Positions 46,002 through 54,406 of a stretch of 64,000 nucleotides of DNA are shown here, piece by piece. The notes under the pieces were generated by a model. That model worked only from the letters and a program-made list of their open reading frames with translations, was not told the origin of the DNA and ran no database searches. How positions within the stretch are numbered: position 1 is the stretch's first letter; each line of letters opens with the position of its first letter. Made by a program: the position numbers and the translations under genes. Origin of the DNA: an uncultured Actinomycetota bacterium (GTDB lineage Bacteria > Actinomycetota > Thermoleophilia > Solirubrobacterales > Solirubrobacteraceae); NCBI GenBank assembly GCA_963787595.1, contig CAWBDE010000003.1, forward strand, positions 949,622-1,013,621, read 5' to 3'.

Positions 46002-46943
46002 GTGCCATGTCTGCACAACCCGCGGCATGGCGACGTCGTCGCTCAGCTCGAACAGCAGAGGTTCGTCTGGCTTGAGTACGAGGACCCGAGCGACGAAGAC
46101 CTCGAGCACATTGCGCAGCTCATCCACCTGCACCCGCTGACGGTGCAGGACGCCCGCACCTTCCGGCAGCGGCCGAAGATCGAGGAGTACGAGGGATACA
46201 TGTTCGTGGTCGTCTTCGGCGTCGACCCCGAGACCCAGTCCGGAGGCGCGCTGCTGCGCGAGGTGCACATGGTCATCTCCGGCGACTACGTGGTCACCAT
46301 CCACCGGCGGCCGTTCGCGGCGCTTGACGAGCTGCGCGCCCGCTACGACGACCAGCCGATCCGCAGCGAGCAGTTCCTCGTCTACAAGGTGCTCGACGCG
46401 ATCACCTCCACCTTCGTGCCCGTCCTCAGCCGGATCGACGACACGATCGACGAGATCGAGCAGGATGTGATCGACCAGGCGAGCCCCGAGGCTCTGCAGG
46501 GCATCTTCTCGCTCAAGCGCGACCTGGTGGCGATGCGCCGGGTGGTCACGCCGATGCGCGACATGTTCGCGCGCAACGCGGAGCGGATCGCCGAGCTGCC
46601 CAACCTCCAGACCGATGACCGGCTCTACTTCCGGGATCTCTACGACGGCCTGATCCGGGTCTCGGATCTGGTCGACTCCTACCGGGACCTCCTCAGCGGC
46701 GCCACCGACATGTACCTCTCAACCGTGGCCAACCGTCAGGGGGAGATCAACAAGCAGCTGACGATCATCGCCACGATCTTTCTCCCCCTCACCTTCCTCA
46801 CCGGGTTCTTCGGTCAGAACTTCGCGTTCCTGACCGGCCACGTGCAGAACACCGGCCTGTCGTTCTGGCTGCTCGGGATCGGGCTGCTGTTCGCATCGGC
46901 GATCGTGATGGCGGTCTGGTTTCGCCGGCGAGGCTGGTTCTAG
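46002..46943 (+). CDS. corA: CorA-family magnesium/cobalt transporter
   Basis: The cytoplasmic domain (WLEYEDPSDEDL...LHPLTVQDA) is followed by two C-terminal TM helices with the family loop motif FFGQNF (a GMN variant). The GTG start is inferred. Confidence 0.85.
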   Translation: MPCLHNPRHGDVVAQLEQQRFVWLEYEDPSDEDLEHIAQLIHLHPLTVQDARTFRQRPKIEEYEGYMFVVVFGVDPETQSGGALLREVHMVISGDYVVTIHRRPFAALDELRARYDDQPIRSEQFLVYKVLDAITSTFVPVLSRIDDTIDEIEQDVIDQASPEALQGIFSLKRDLVAMRRVVTPMRDMFARNAERIAELPNLQTDDRLYFRDLYDGLIRVSDLVDSYRDLLSGATDMYLSTVANRQGEINKQLTIIATIFLPLTFLTGFFGQNFAFLTGHVQNTGLSFWLLGIGLLFASAIVMAVWFRRRGWF

Positions 46944-46995
46944 CCGCCAACGCCGTCCACAGGGCGCCCTCCCGGGCGCCCGCCAAAATCCCGCC

Positions 46996-48168
46996 TTAGG
47001 CCGCTGCCGCCGCCGGCGCGGGCGTCCGCCGCGGGAGCAGCGTCTCGCGAGCGATGACCAGGCGCTGGATCTGCGCAGTCCCCTCGTAGAGCTGCAGGAT
47101 CTTGGCGTCGCGCATCAGCTTCTCCACCTTGTACTCCTTGATGAAGCCGTAGCCACCGTAGACCTGCACGGCGTCGGTGGTGACCTCCATCGCGGTGTCG
47201 GCGGCGAAGCGCTTGGCGTGCGAGGACTCCACCGTGTTGCGTGCGCCCTGGTCGAGGAGCACGGCCGAGTTCCAGGTGGCCAGCCGGGCCAGATGCACCT
47301 TGGTCGCCATGTCGGCGATGATGAACTGGATCGCCTCATGCATGGCGATCGGCACCCCGAACTGGACGCGCTGCGTGGCATACTCGATCGCGAGCTCCAT
47401 CGCCGCGCGGGCGACCCCGACGCCCATCGCGGCGACGCCGGGGCGGGTGCGGTCGAGCGTCGTCATCGCGATCTTGAAGCCGTGGTTCTCTTCTCCGACG
47501 AGGTGGTCGAGCGGGATCTCGACCTCGGGAAAGGAGATCGTGGCGGTGTTGGAGGCCCGCTGGCCCATCTTGTCCTCGTGCTTGTCCACGACGACGCCGG
47601 CGTCGCGCGGCACGATGAAGCAGGATATGCCGCGGTGGCCGGCCTCCCTGTCGGTCTTGGCGTAGACCGTGTACCAGTTGGCGTACTCGCCGTTGGTGAT
47701 GAAGCATTTGGAGCCGTTGATCACCCACTTGTCGCCCCTCCGGGTGGCGGTCGTCTTCATCCCCGAGACATCGGAGCCGGCATCGGGCTCGGTGAGGCAG
47801 AAGGAGGCGAAGAGCGGCGCCTCCACCAGGCGGCCCAGGTACTCCTTCTTGAGCTCCTCGGAGGCGGCGAGGATGATCGGCGCGGTGGCCAGGCCGTTGC
47901 ACGACAGCGAGGTGCCGATTCCCGAGCAGCCCCAGGCGATCTCCTCCTCGATGATCACCCCGTCCAGGAACCCGAGGCCCGGGCCGCCGTACCGCACCGG
48001 CAGGTGGTTGTTCATCAGTCCCAGCTCCCAGGCCTGCTCCAGGATCTCGCCGGGCCAGGTCCCGTCTCGGTCGTACTCCCACGCGACCGGCCGGATCTCC
48101 CTCTCGGCGAACTCGTGCGCCAGCTCGCGCATGCTCTTCTGCTCGTCAGTGAGCGTGAAATCAACCAC
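46996..48168 (-). CDS. Acyl-CoA dehydrogenase
   Basis: Full ACAD architecture (CLTEPDAGSD, KCFITNG, YEGTAQIQRLVIAR). AAGGAG precedes the GTG start. Confidence 0.95.
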   Translation of the reverse strand: MVDFTLTDEQKSMRELAHEFAEREIRPVAWEYDRDGTWPGEILEQAWELGLMNNHLPVRYGGPGLGFLDGVIIEEEIAWGCSGIGTSLSCNGLATAPIILAASEELKKEYLGRLVEAPLFASFCLTEPDAGSDVSGMKTTATRRGDKWVINGSKCFITNGEYANWYTVYAKTDREAGHRGISCFIVPRDAGVVVDKHEDKMGQRASNTATISFPEVEIPLDHLVGEENHGFKIAMTTLDRTRPGVAAMGVGVARAAMELAIEYATQRVQFGVPIAMHEAIQFIIADMATKVHLARLATWNSAVLLDQGARNTVESSHAKRFAADTAMEVTTDAVQVYGGYGFIKEYKVEKLMRDAKILQLYEGTAQIQRLVIARETLLPRRTPAPAAAAA

Positions 48169-48192
48169 CGTAGTTCTCCTTTACGGACCTCG

Positions 48193-48210
48193 ATTGACTA
48201 GTCAGTCAAT
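48193..48210. promoter_or_regulatory. Perfect palindrome ATTGACT-AGTC-AGTCAAT (candidate TetR/FadR-type operator)
   Basis: Read directly in the 40-bp divergent gap between the acyl-CoA dehydrogenase gene and ORF 48209. Confidence 0.4.
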
Positions 48211-48682
48211 GGCTAGGACGAGAGTTTATCCGGCGCATCGCGTGCGTCACACTTGGTGGGTGCAGAGCGGATTCGAGACGGTGGTGCTCGTGGTCTGCGG
48301 CGTCGGGGTCGCCGGCGCCGTGGTGGCGCTGCTCCTCGGCCGGCGGACATGGGATGAGTACGGCCGTGATCACCTCCTGCGCGACAGCGAGCCGTCGCGT
48401 CCCGCCCACGCCGGGTCGGCGGCGGCCAGCAGCGAGCGCGACGAGGAGATCCGCCAGATGCTCGAGGCCCGAAATGCCCGCCGCCGACGCCGCGGTGAGC
48501 CGGAGATCGACATCGGCCGGGAACTGGGGCGGCGCAACGCGCCGGCGATCGATGACGAGCTCCGGGCGGAGATCCGCGACCTGGTGGTGGCGCGCAACCA
48601 TCGCCGCGCCCGTCAGGGCAAGCCCACGCTGGATGTGGAGGCCGAGGTCGAGCGCCAGATCGCGGCGTTGGGTGGGCGGTGA
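48209..48682 (+). CDS. Single-TM hypothetical protein with duplicated Arg-rich motif
   Basis: TM helix VVLVVCGVGVAGAVVALLLG, then two copies of an ARN-x-RR-x-R-x-G-x-P-x-(I/L)D(I/V) motif. The start could be the downstream GTG. Confidence 0.45.
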   Translation: MARTRVYPAHRVRHTWWVQSGFETVVLVVCGVGVAGAVVALLLGRRTWDEYGRDHLLRDSEPSRPAHAGSAAASSERDEEIRQMLEARNARRRRRGEPEIDIGRELGRRNAPAIDDELRAEIRDLVVARNHRRARQGKPTLDVEAEVERQIAALGGR

Positions 48683-48719
48683 TGCGGGTCGGGCGCGGCA
48701 GGCGCTAGGCTGCCGTTGC

Positions 48720-49034
48720 ATGCCTGATCCACGTCGCGTCGAGCTCGACGAGCTCGTGAACCGCCCCGGGACCTACTTCAACCCGCAGACCGAGATCCTG
48801 ATCGTCGTCGACGACTCTCCAGAGCTCGATTCCGAGATCTTCAACATGGAGGAGTTCGAGGGCGCCGACTGGATTCAGATCTCAGACGAGCTGCCGGTGG
48901 ATGAAAACCGCCGCGACGAGCTGCTCGAGGCTTTCCAGGTTCACCTCCACGCCGGCTCAGCCGAGGCCGAGGAGGACGGCTCGGACACCTCCGACGAGCT
49001 GGTGCAGGACGACCAGGAGGCCGGGCGGGAGTAG
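48720..49034 (+). CDS. Small acidic hypothetical protein
   Basis: 104 aa, strongly acidic (many D/E), with codon usage consistent with coding. No motif recognised. Confidence 0.45.
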   Translation: MPDPRRVELDELVNRPGTYFNPQTEILIVVDDSPELDSEIFNMEEFEGADWIQISDELPVDENRRDELLEAFQVHLHAGSAEAEEDGSDTSDELVQDDQEAGRE

Positions 49035-49054
49035 GGGAAGCCCGGCGGGAATGG

Positions 49055-50146
49055 CTACCCGCCGGCGTTGAGCAGCGACGCGCATTTCTGCATCTTGCGC
49101 ACATCCCGGCCGGCCTGCTGGAGGCACTGGCCGTACTTGCTGGCGTTGGCCGGGGCACTTGCGCCGCTGCTCTGGCCGGAGGCGCCCGCGCCCTGGAGGG
49201 CTGAGGTGAGGCCGCGCAGCTGGGCGCTGAACTGCGAGTAGGGCCGGAGGTTGGTGGGCGCCGAGATCGTCTGCGGCTGGTTGAGATCGGAGTACTGGAC
49301 GGAGAGCGAGATGTGCGCGGTGCGCAGGCCGCGCAGAAGCGTCAGGAACTGGCCGGTGGCCGGAACCGTCAGGTTGAGCGCAAGCTTGCGCAGCGTCCTG
49401 TCGGCCTTGCCCGTCCACACATCGACGGTCGCGTTCTTGACCGCGGCGGTGATCCGCTGGGCGGTGGCCGGCGGGATCGAGCTCGGGAGCTTGGTCTTGG
49501 CCGTTGTCCTCGCCGCGGTCCTGGCCAGGAAGCCGCTCAGGTCCTGCAGCAGCGCGCCGACGTTCACGCCGGCGCGAATATGGGTCGTGTCGGCTCCCCC
49601 GATGTCGGCGCTGCCCACCACCCTCGGGCCGGTGAGCCAGTGCTCGGGGTTGATCCCGAGCCCGACGAGGCCGCCGTGACCGGTCGCCGACGCACCCGCT
49701 GACGAGAAGCCGGAATCGAGCCGCTTGAAGTCGGCCGTCGGCAGCTGGTAGGCGGCGCCCTGCAGCGTGACGTAGCCGTGGGTCCCGGTGGAGATCAGGC
49801 CGAGCGAGCTGGTGCGGCCGAGGGCGGCCACCGAGATCGTGAAGTCCGAGGCCGGCAAGTTGCCTTTGCCGCGAGTCTGGAACGGCCCGTCGAGGCCAAG
49901 GCTGATCGGTGAGGTCAGAGTGCTGGAACCCGAGGGATCCAGCGTCAGCGCGAAGTGCAGCACGCCGCTGGAGACGGTATGACCGCCGCTGAACGTCTGC
50001 TGGATGAGGCCCTGCGCGCCCGCCGAGTCAGAGCCGCTGCCGCCACCGCTGCTGCCACATCCGACGAGGGCGAGCCCGACCACAGTGGCCGCAAGCAGCC
50101 GCCCCAGCGGTACTCGTGACGAGCGTGATCGGCTCGGTTGGTGCAT
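49055..50146 (-). CDS. Lipoprotein (hypothetical)
   Basis: Lipobox LALVGC after a basic N-region, then a Gly/Ser linker. GGAGGA lies 6 nt before the ATG. The C-terminus has a pair of cysteines. Confidence 0.6.
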   Translation of the reverse strand: MHQPSRSRSSRVPLGRLLAATVVGLALVGCGSSGGGSGSDSAGAQGLIQQTFSGGHTVSSGVLHFALTLDPSGSSTLTSPISLGLDGPFQTRGKGNLPASDFTISVAALGRTSSLGLISTGTHGYVTLQGAAYQLPTADFKRLDSGFSSAGASATGHGGLVGLGINPEHWLTGPRVVGSADIGGADTTHIRAGVNVGALLQDLSGFLARTAARTTAKTKLPSSIPPATAQRITAAVKNATVDVWTGKADRTLRKLALNLTVPATGQFLTLLRGLRTAHISLSVQYSDLNQPQTISAPTNLRPYSQFSAQLRGLTSALQGAGASGQSSGASAPANASKYGQCLQQAGRDVRKMQKCASLLNAGG

Positions 50147-50360
50147 GCGACATCCTCCGCCTTCGTGGCACAGACGCTGGCGCGAATGTAGCATCGGGTC
50201 GGTCGGCAAGGGGCCGGCTGGGCTCGCCGTCGCCACGCTCGCGCTTCCGTCGGCGGGTCAGCGGCTCGGGCCGATCACGCTGGGCGCGGCAGACCCTGGC
50301 GGGGCAGTTTCTCCCACATCCCCGGCAGTCCGCAGATCAGCTCGTAGACTCGCTGACTTC

Positions 50361-51554
50361 ATGGCGCCCCGGACGATTCTCTACACGGGCAAGGGCGGCG
50401 TGGGCAAGACCTCGGTGGCGGCGAGCACGGCGCGTGGCTGCGCCGCGGCGGGCCAGCGCACCCTGGTGATCTCCACCGATCCCGCGCACAGCCTGTCGGA
50501 GTCGCTGTCGGTGCCCCTGGGCGCCGAGCCGGTCGCCGCGGGAGCATCCCTGTGGGGGCAGGAGGTGATGGCCCAGCAGGAGATGGAGCGCCACTGGTCC
50601 GGCGTCCAGGACTGGCTCGGCGAACTGCTGGTGGAACGCGGCGTGGATCGGATCTCAGCCGAGGAGCTGACCGTGCCCCCGGGAATGGACGAGCTGTTCG
50701 CGCTGCTGCGGCTGCAGGCTCACCACGAGTCAGGGGAGTGGGACACGATCATCGTCGACTGTGCTCCCACCGGCGAGACGCTTCGACTGCTCTCGTTTCC
50801 CGACGTGGCTCGGTGGTGGATCGAAAAGGTGTTCCCCCTGGAGCGCCAGCTCCTCACGGCCGCCCGCCCGATCGCGCGCTCACTGCTGGACATCTCGCTA
50901 CCCGGTCCGGCGGTGTTCGCCGACGTGCAGCGGCTGTCCCAGAACCTGATCGCGATGAACGAGATCCTGCGCGATCGCCGCCATTGCACGCTGCGCCTGG
51001 TGATGAACCCGGAGAAGATGGTCATCGGCGAGGCGATGCGCACCTTCACCTACCTGAACCTGTACGGCTATCTCACTGACGCGGTGATCGTCAACCGGTT
51101 GTTCCCGGCGGACGTGGGCGACTATTTCGCCGCCTGGCGCAACGTCCAGGAGGAGCACCTGGAGCTGGTCCACGCTGCGTTCGCGCCGGTCCCGGTCCTG
51201 TGCGCGCCCTACTTCGAGCAGGAGGTGGTGGGACCGGGCATGCTCGACCGGCTGATGCGCGAGCTGTTCGGCGACGCCGACCCGTCGCGGGTGCTCTACG
51301 ACGCGCTCACTCAGGAGCTGGAGGTGCTCGACGACGGGGCGTGGCTGCGGCTCCGGCTCCCGTTCGCCGAGAAGGGAGACATCTCGCTCAAGAAGATCGG
51401 GCTCGAGCTGATCGTCGGCGTCGACGGCCAGCGGCGAATTATCATGCTGCCTCCAGCGCTGGCCGCGATGCGGCCCGCGGAGGCCACCTTTCAGAACGGC
51501 GCGCTCCAGATCAGGTTCGATGGCGAGCAACGAAACGAACGAGCCCAGCTCTGA
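50361..51554 (+). CDS. ArsA/Get3-family ATPase
   Basis: Deviant Walker A GKGGVGKTS, the ISTDPAHSLSE signature and DCAPTGETLRLL. Confidence 0.85.
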   Translation: MAPRTILYTGKGGVGKTSVAASTARGCAAAGQRTLVISTDPAHSLSESLSVPLGAEPVAAGASLWGQEVMAQQEMERHWSGVQDWLGELLVERGVDRISAEELTVPPGMDELFALLRLQAHHESGEWDTIIVDCAPTGETLRLLSFPDVARWWIEKVFPLERQLLTAARPIARSLLDISLPGPAVFADVQRLSQNLIAMNEILRDRRHCTLRLVMNPEKMVIGEAMRTFTYLNLYGYLTDAVIVNRLFPADVGDYFAAWRNVQEEHLELVHAAFAPVPVLCAPYFEQEVVGPGMLDRLMRELFGDADPSRVLYDALTQELEVLDDGAWLRLRLPFAEKGDISLKKIGLELIVGVDGQRRIIMLPPALAAMRPAEATFQNGALQIRFDGEQRNERAQL

Positions 51555-51924
51555 CCCGGCGGGACCGCCGGACGACGAAGAGGCGCTGCGAGGTCTCGAG
51601 GAGCGTCTGGAGCGAGTCTCGCAAGCCGCCGAGCGGCTGCTGGCCGACGCGGCCGAGCGCGTCGGACGCCGGCCTCCAGCAGCGGGCTGGCAGCAACCGT
51701 CGGACGGGGACGGCGCCGCCGCGCGAGGCGGCGGCGAGCTCGAGCTCCTGCTGGGGATGTTGGGTTCGCTGCGCGACCTGGTCCCGGCCGAGCTGCACCA
51801 GCGGCTGGCCGACGCGGTGCGCGAGTTGCTGTTGGCCCTGCGCGCGTTGATCGACTGGTATCTGGAGCGCGGCGAGCGGCGCCGCGCGGCGCCATCCCGG
51901 GTGCAGGACATCCCGATTCTCTAG
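51520..51924 (+). CDS. Small helical hypothetical protein
   Basis: 134 aa with an acidic N-terminus and Leu/Arg-rich helices. It overlaps the ArsA-like gene by 35 nt. Confidence 0.4.
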   Translation: MASNETNEPSSDPAGPPDDEEALRGLEERLERVSQAAERLLADAAERVGRRPPAAGWQQPSDGDGAAARGGGELELLLGMLGSLRDLVPAELHQRLADAVRELLLALRALIDWYLERGERRRAAPSRVQDIPIL

Positions 51925-51990
51925 CCAGGGCCGCCGCTACTTGCGAGTTTGCCCACCGGGTGCGCCCGGAGCGCCGCCTACAATCGGGGG

Positions 51991-52116
51991 GTGTCGCTGA
52001 CCTGGATCCTCACCGGGTCGCCGGAGCACCCTGCGGCGGCGCGAGCCGTTGACCGCCCGGCGATCGGCACGACGGGTCGGGATGGCCCCCGTCGGCGAGC
52101 GAGCGCGGACGGATGA
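51991..52116 (+). CDS. Possible leaderless 41-codon upstream ORF
   Basis: TACAAT (51979-51984) lies 6 nt before a GTG. The ORF ends in an ATGA overlap with the 52113 gene start. It is too short to appear in the ORF track. Confidence 0.25.
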   Translation: MSLTWILTGSPEHPAAARAVDRPAIGTTGRDGPRRRASADG

Positions 52117-53126
52117 GCGCCTCGCGCCCGGACGTAGGCGAGCCGCCACGGCGGGCATCCGCGCCCGCCCGGCTGTCCCGCGCCTGGCGCGAGCTGCCGA
52201 GCGAGCGCCGCCTGGCGGCGCTGGCGGCGATGGGTCTGTTCGTGACGCTGTTCCTTCCCTGGTATCAGGAGACCGTCATCGCCACCGGCGTGACCAGCCT
52301 GCGATCGATCAGCGCCACGCTCACCGGCTGGGGGGCGTTCTCGTTCGTCGAGGCGGCGGTGCTGCTGGTGGCGGCGGGGGTGCTGACGTTGCTGTTCGTG
52401 CGCGCCGAGGGGCATGCCTTCCACGTCCCCGGAGGCGACGGCGGGGTGATCACCGCGGCCGGCGCCTGGACCTGCGTCCTGATCGTGTGGCGCATGTTCG
52501 ACCGGCAGGGCACGACCGGGTACGGCCACTACGCCACGACGTTCGGGATCGACTGGGGGATCTTCATCGCACTGGGGATCGCGGTCCTGCTCGCCTACTC
52601 GGGCACGCGCATCCGGCAGGCCCACCGGCCCGAGCCCGCACTGCCCGGCGAGCCCGGGTCGCAGGAGACGCCACCGCGCCGGCGAGGTTCCGGGAAGGTG
52701 GCCGCGGCGCGACGACGCGCGGATGCGGTCCGCGCCGAGGAGACGACCGGACGACCCGCGCGGGCACCGGACATGGGCGCCGAGGACACCTGGACCCAGG
52801 AGCTCCCGACCTCCACGAGCGCCCCGTCCCCGGCTTCCGGCGCCGCTGGACGGCGGCGGGTGCGCCCCCGGAGCGTGGCGGCGCCCGCACCGGAGGTCAC
52901 GGCGGATTCCCTGCCGGCGCCGGCGGCCGGGACCGACGCACCCGCGGCCTCTAACTCGAAGACAACTGCGCCCGCCGGGGCGCCGCGTCGGCCCGCCGGG
53001 CTGGATCCCCGCGAGATCCAGAAGCTGGACATCGCCGAGCCCCCCAACGCGCGTATCGGCACGCGCCGGCCCGCGCCGCCCGAGCCCGAGGATCAGCCGA
53101 CGATCCGGCTCGACCGCCGCAGCTGA
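52113..53126 (+). CDS. Integral membrane hypothetical protein with disordered C-terminal half
   Basis: Four hydrophobic helices in the first ~175 aa, then a Pro/Arg/Ala-rich tail. Confidence 0.55.
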   Translation: MSASRPDVGEPPRRASAPARLSRAWRELPSERRLAALAAMGLFVTLFLPWYQETVIATGVTSLRSISATLTGWGAFSFVEAAVLLVAAGVLTLLFVRAEGHAFHVPGGDGGVITAAGAWTCVLIVWRMFDRQGTTGYGHYATTFGIDWGIFIALGIAVLLAYSGTRIRQAHRPEPALPGEPGSQETPPRRRGSGKVAAARRRADAVRAEETTGRPARAPDMGAEDTWTQELPTSTSAPSPASGAAGRRRVRPRSVAAPAPEVTADSLPAPAAGTDAPAASNSKTTAPAGAPRRPAGLDPREIQKLDIAEPPNARIGTRRPAPPEPEDQPTIRLDRRS

Positions 53127-53206
53127 CCGTCGGCGGCGGCAAGGCGCTGCGTAGGCGGACGAGCGCCGACGCCGGCTGACGCAGGATCTGCTGAGCGGAC
53201 GGACGC

Positions 53207-53389
53207 TCAGGTCACCTGGCTGAAGCCGAACAGGAAGTAGGCGCTGAACCCGCCGATGATCAGGATGCCGACGATGATCAGCGGGCGGGAGGCGATGATG
53301 TGGCCGAACACGCCGACCACCAGGCCAAAGATCAGGACCGCGATGAACAGGTGCAGCTGCGACTGCTGGGCGGCGATCGAGAGGGCCAC
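53207..53389 (-). CDS. Small two-TM hydrophobic protein (hypothetical)
   Basis: A 60-codon GTG-initiated tail of the spurious 507-aa ORF (LFIAVLIFGLVVGVFGHII and LIIVGILIIGGFSAYFLFGF). It is divergent from the MoxR gene. Confidence 0.3.
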   Translation of the reverse strand: MALSIAAQQSQLHLFIAVLIFGLVVGVFGHIIASRPLIIVGILIIGGFSAYFLFGFSQVT

Positions 53390-53500
53390 GACGGCAAACC
53401 CTATATTTTGGGCTTCGGGGTCATGCCGATCGCGTGGCCCAGTGCGACCGTACTCCTGCCCCCACCTGCCCCTGCCCCACCCGCGCCCCTCCGCCCCGCC

Positions 53501-54406
53501 ATGCCCGAAGCGACCCAGCAACCCGACTCCGCCGAGGCGGTGGCCACCGGCCTGCGCGAGGCCGGGTATCTTCCGGGCGAGTCGACGGCGCTGGTCTCCT
53601 TTCTGGCCGCCAAGCTCGGCAAGCCGGTGCTGGTGGAGGGACCGGCCGGAGTGGGCAAGACCGAGCTGGCCAAGGCGCTGTCGCGGTATCTCGGGCGGAC
53701 CCTGGTCCGCCTTCAGTGCTACGAGGGACTCGACGAGGCCAAGGCGCTGTACGAGTGGAACTACCGCAAGCAGCTGTTGCGGATCCAGACCGAGGGCGGC
53801 GACGCCGGCTGGCGCGACGTCCAGGACGACATCTTCGGCGAGGAGTTCCTCCTCCCCCGCCCGCTGATGACGGCGATCGCCTCGACCGAGCCCGTCGTGC
53901 TCCTGATCGATGAGATCGACAAGACCGACCAGGAGTTCGAGGCGATGCTGCTCGAGCTCCTGTCCGACTTCCAGATCTCGATCCCGGAGCTCGGCCGGAT
54001 CGAGGCCCGCAGCCTGCCGGTGGTGCTGCTGACCTCCAACAACACCCGGGAGCTGACGGAGGCGCTCAAGCGCCGCTGCCTGTACCTGTGGCTCGACTAT
54101 CCAGACCTGGAGCACGAGCTGGCGATCGTTCGTCTGCATTCCCCGGACCTGGACGCGACCCTCGCCCGCAAGCTCGTCGAGATCGTCAATCAGGTGCGCG
54201 AGCTCGATCTCCGCAAGCCGCCCAGCATCGCCGAGTCGATCGACTGGGCCCGCGCTCTGCTCCTGCTCGGCGCCACCGACATCGACGCCGACACCTTTCG
54301 GCAGACGATGAGCGTGATCGTCAAGCACCGGACCGACCTGGACACGGTTGCCGCCCGGGTCGGGGTCAAGCTGGAGGCGACCGCCGATGCCGGCTCCGCC
54401 GCCTAG
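53501..54406 (+). CDS. MoxR/CoxD-like AAA+ ATPase
   Basis: Walker A GPAGVGKTE, CYEGLDEAKALYEWNY, Walker B LLIDEIDK and TSNNTREL. Confidence 0.9.
   Translation: MPEATQQPDSAEAVATGLREAGYLPGESTALVSFLAAKLGKPVLVEGPAGVGKTELAKALSRYLGRTLVRLQCYEGLDEAKALYEWNYRKQLLRIQTEGGDAGWRDVQDDIFGEEFLLPRPLMTAIASTEPVVLLIDEIDKTDQEFEAMLLELLSDFQISIPELGRIEARSLPVVLLTSNNTRELTEALKRRCLYLWLDYPDLEHELAIVRLHSPDLDATLARKLVEIVNQVRELDLRKPPSIAESIDWARALLLLGATDIDADTFRQTMSVIVKHRTDLDTVAARVGVKLEATADAGSAA

Noticed and set aside
46962-46981. GC hairpin GGGCGCC-N6-GGCGCCC between the convergent corA and acyl-CoA dehydrogenase genes, as an intrinsic terminator.
   Set aside because: The stem is real but no U-tract follows on either strand. 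I cannot support calling it a terminator from sequence alone.
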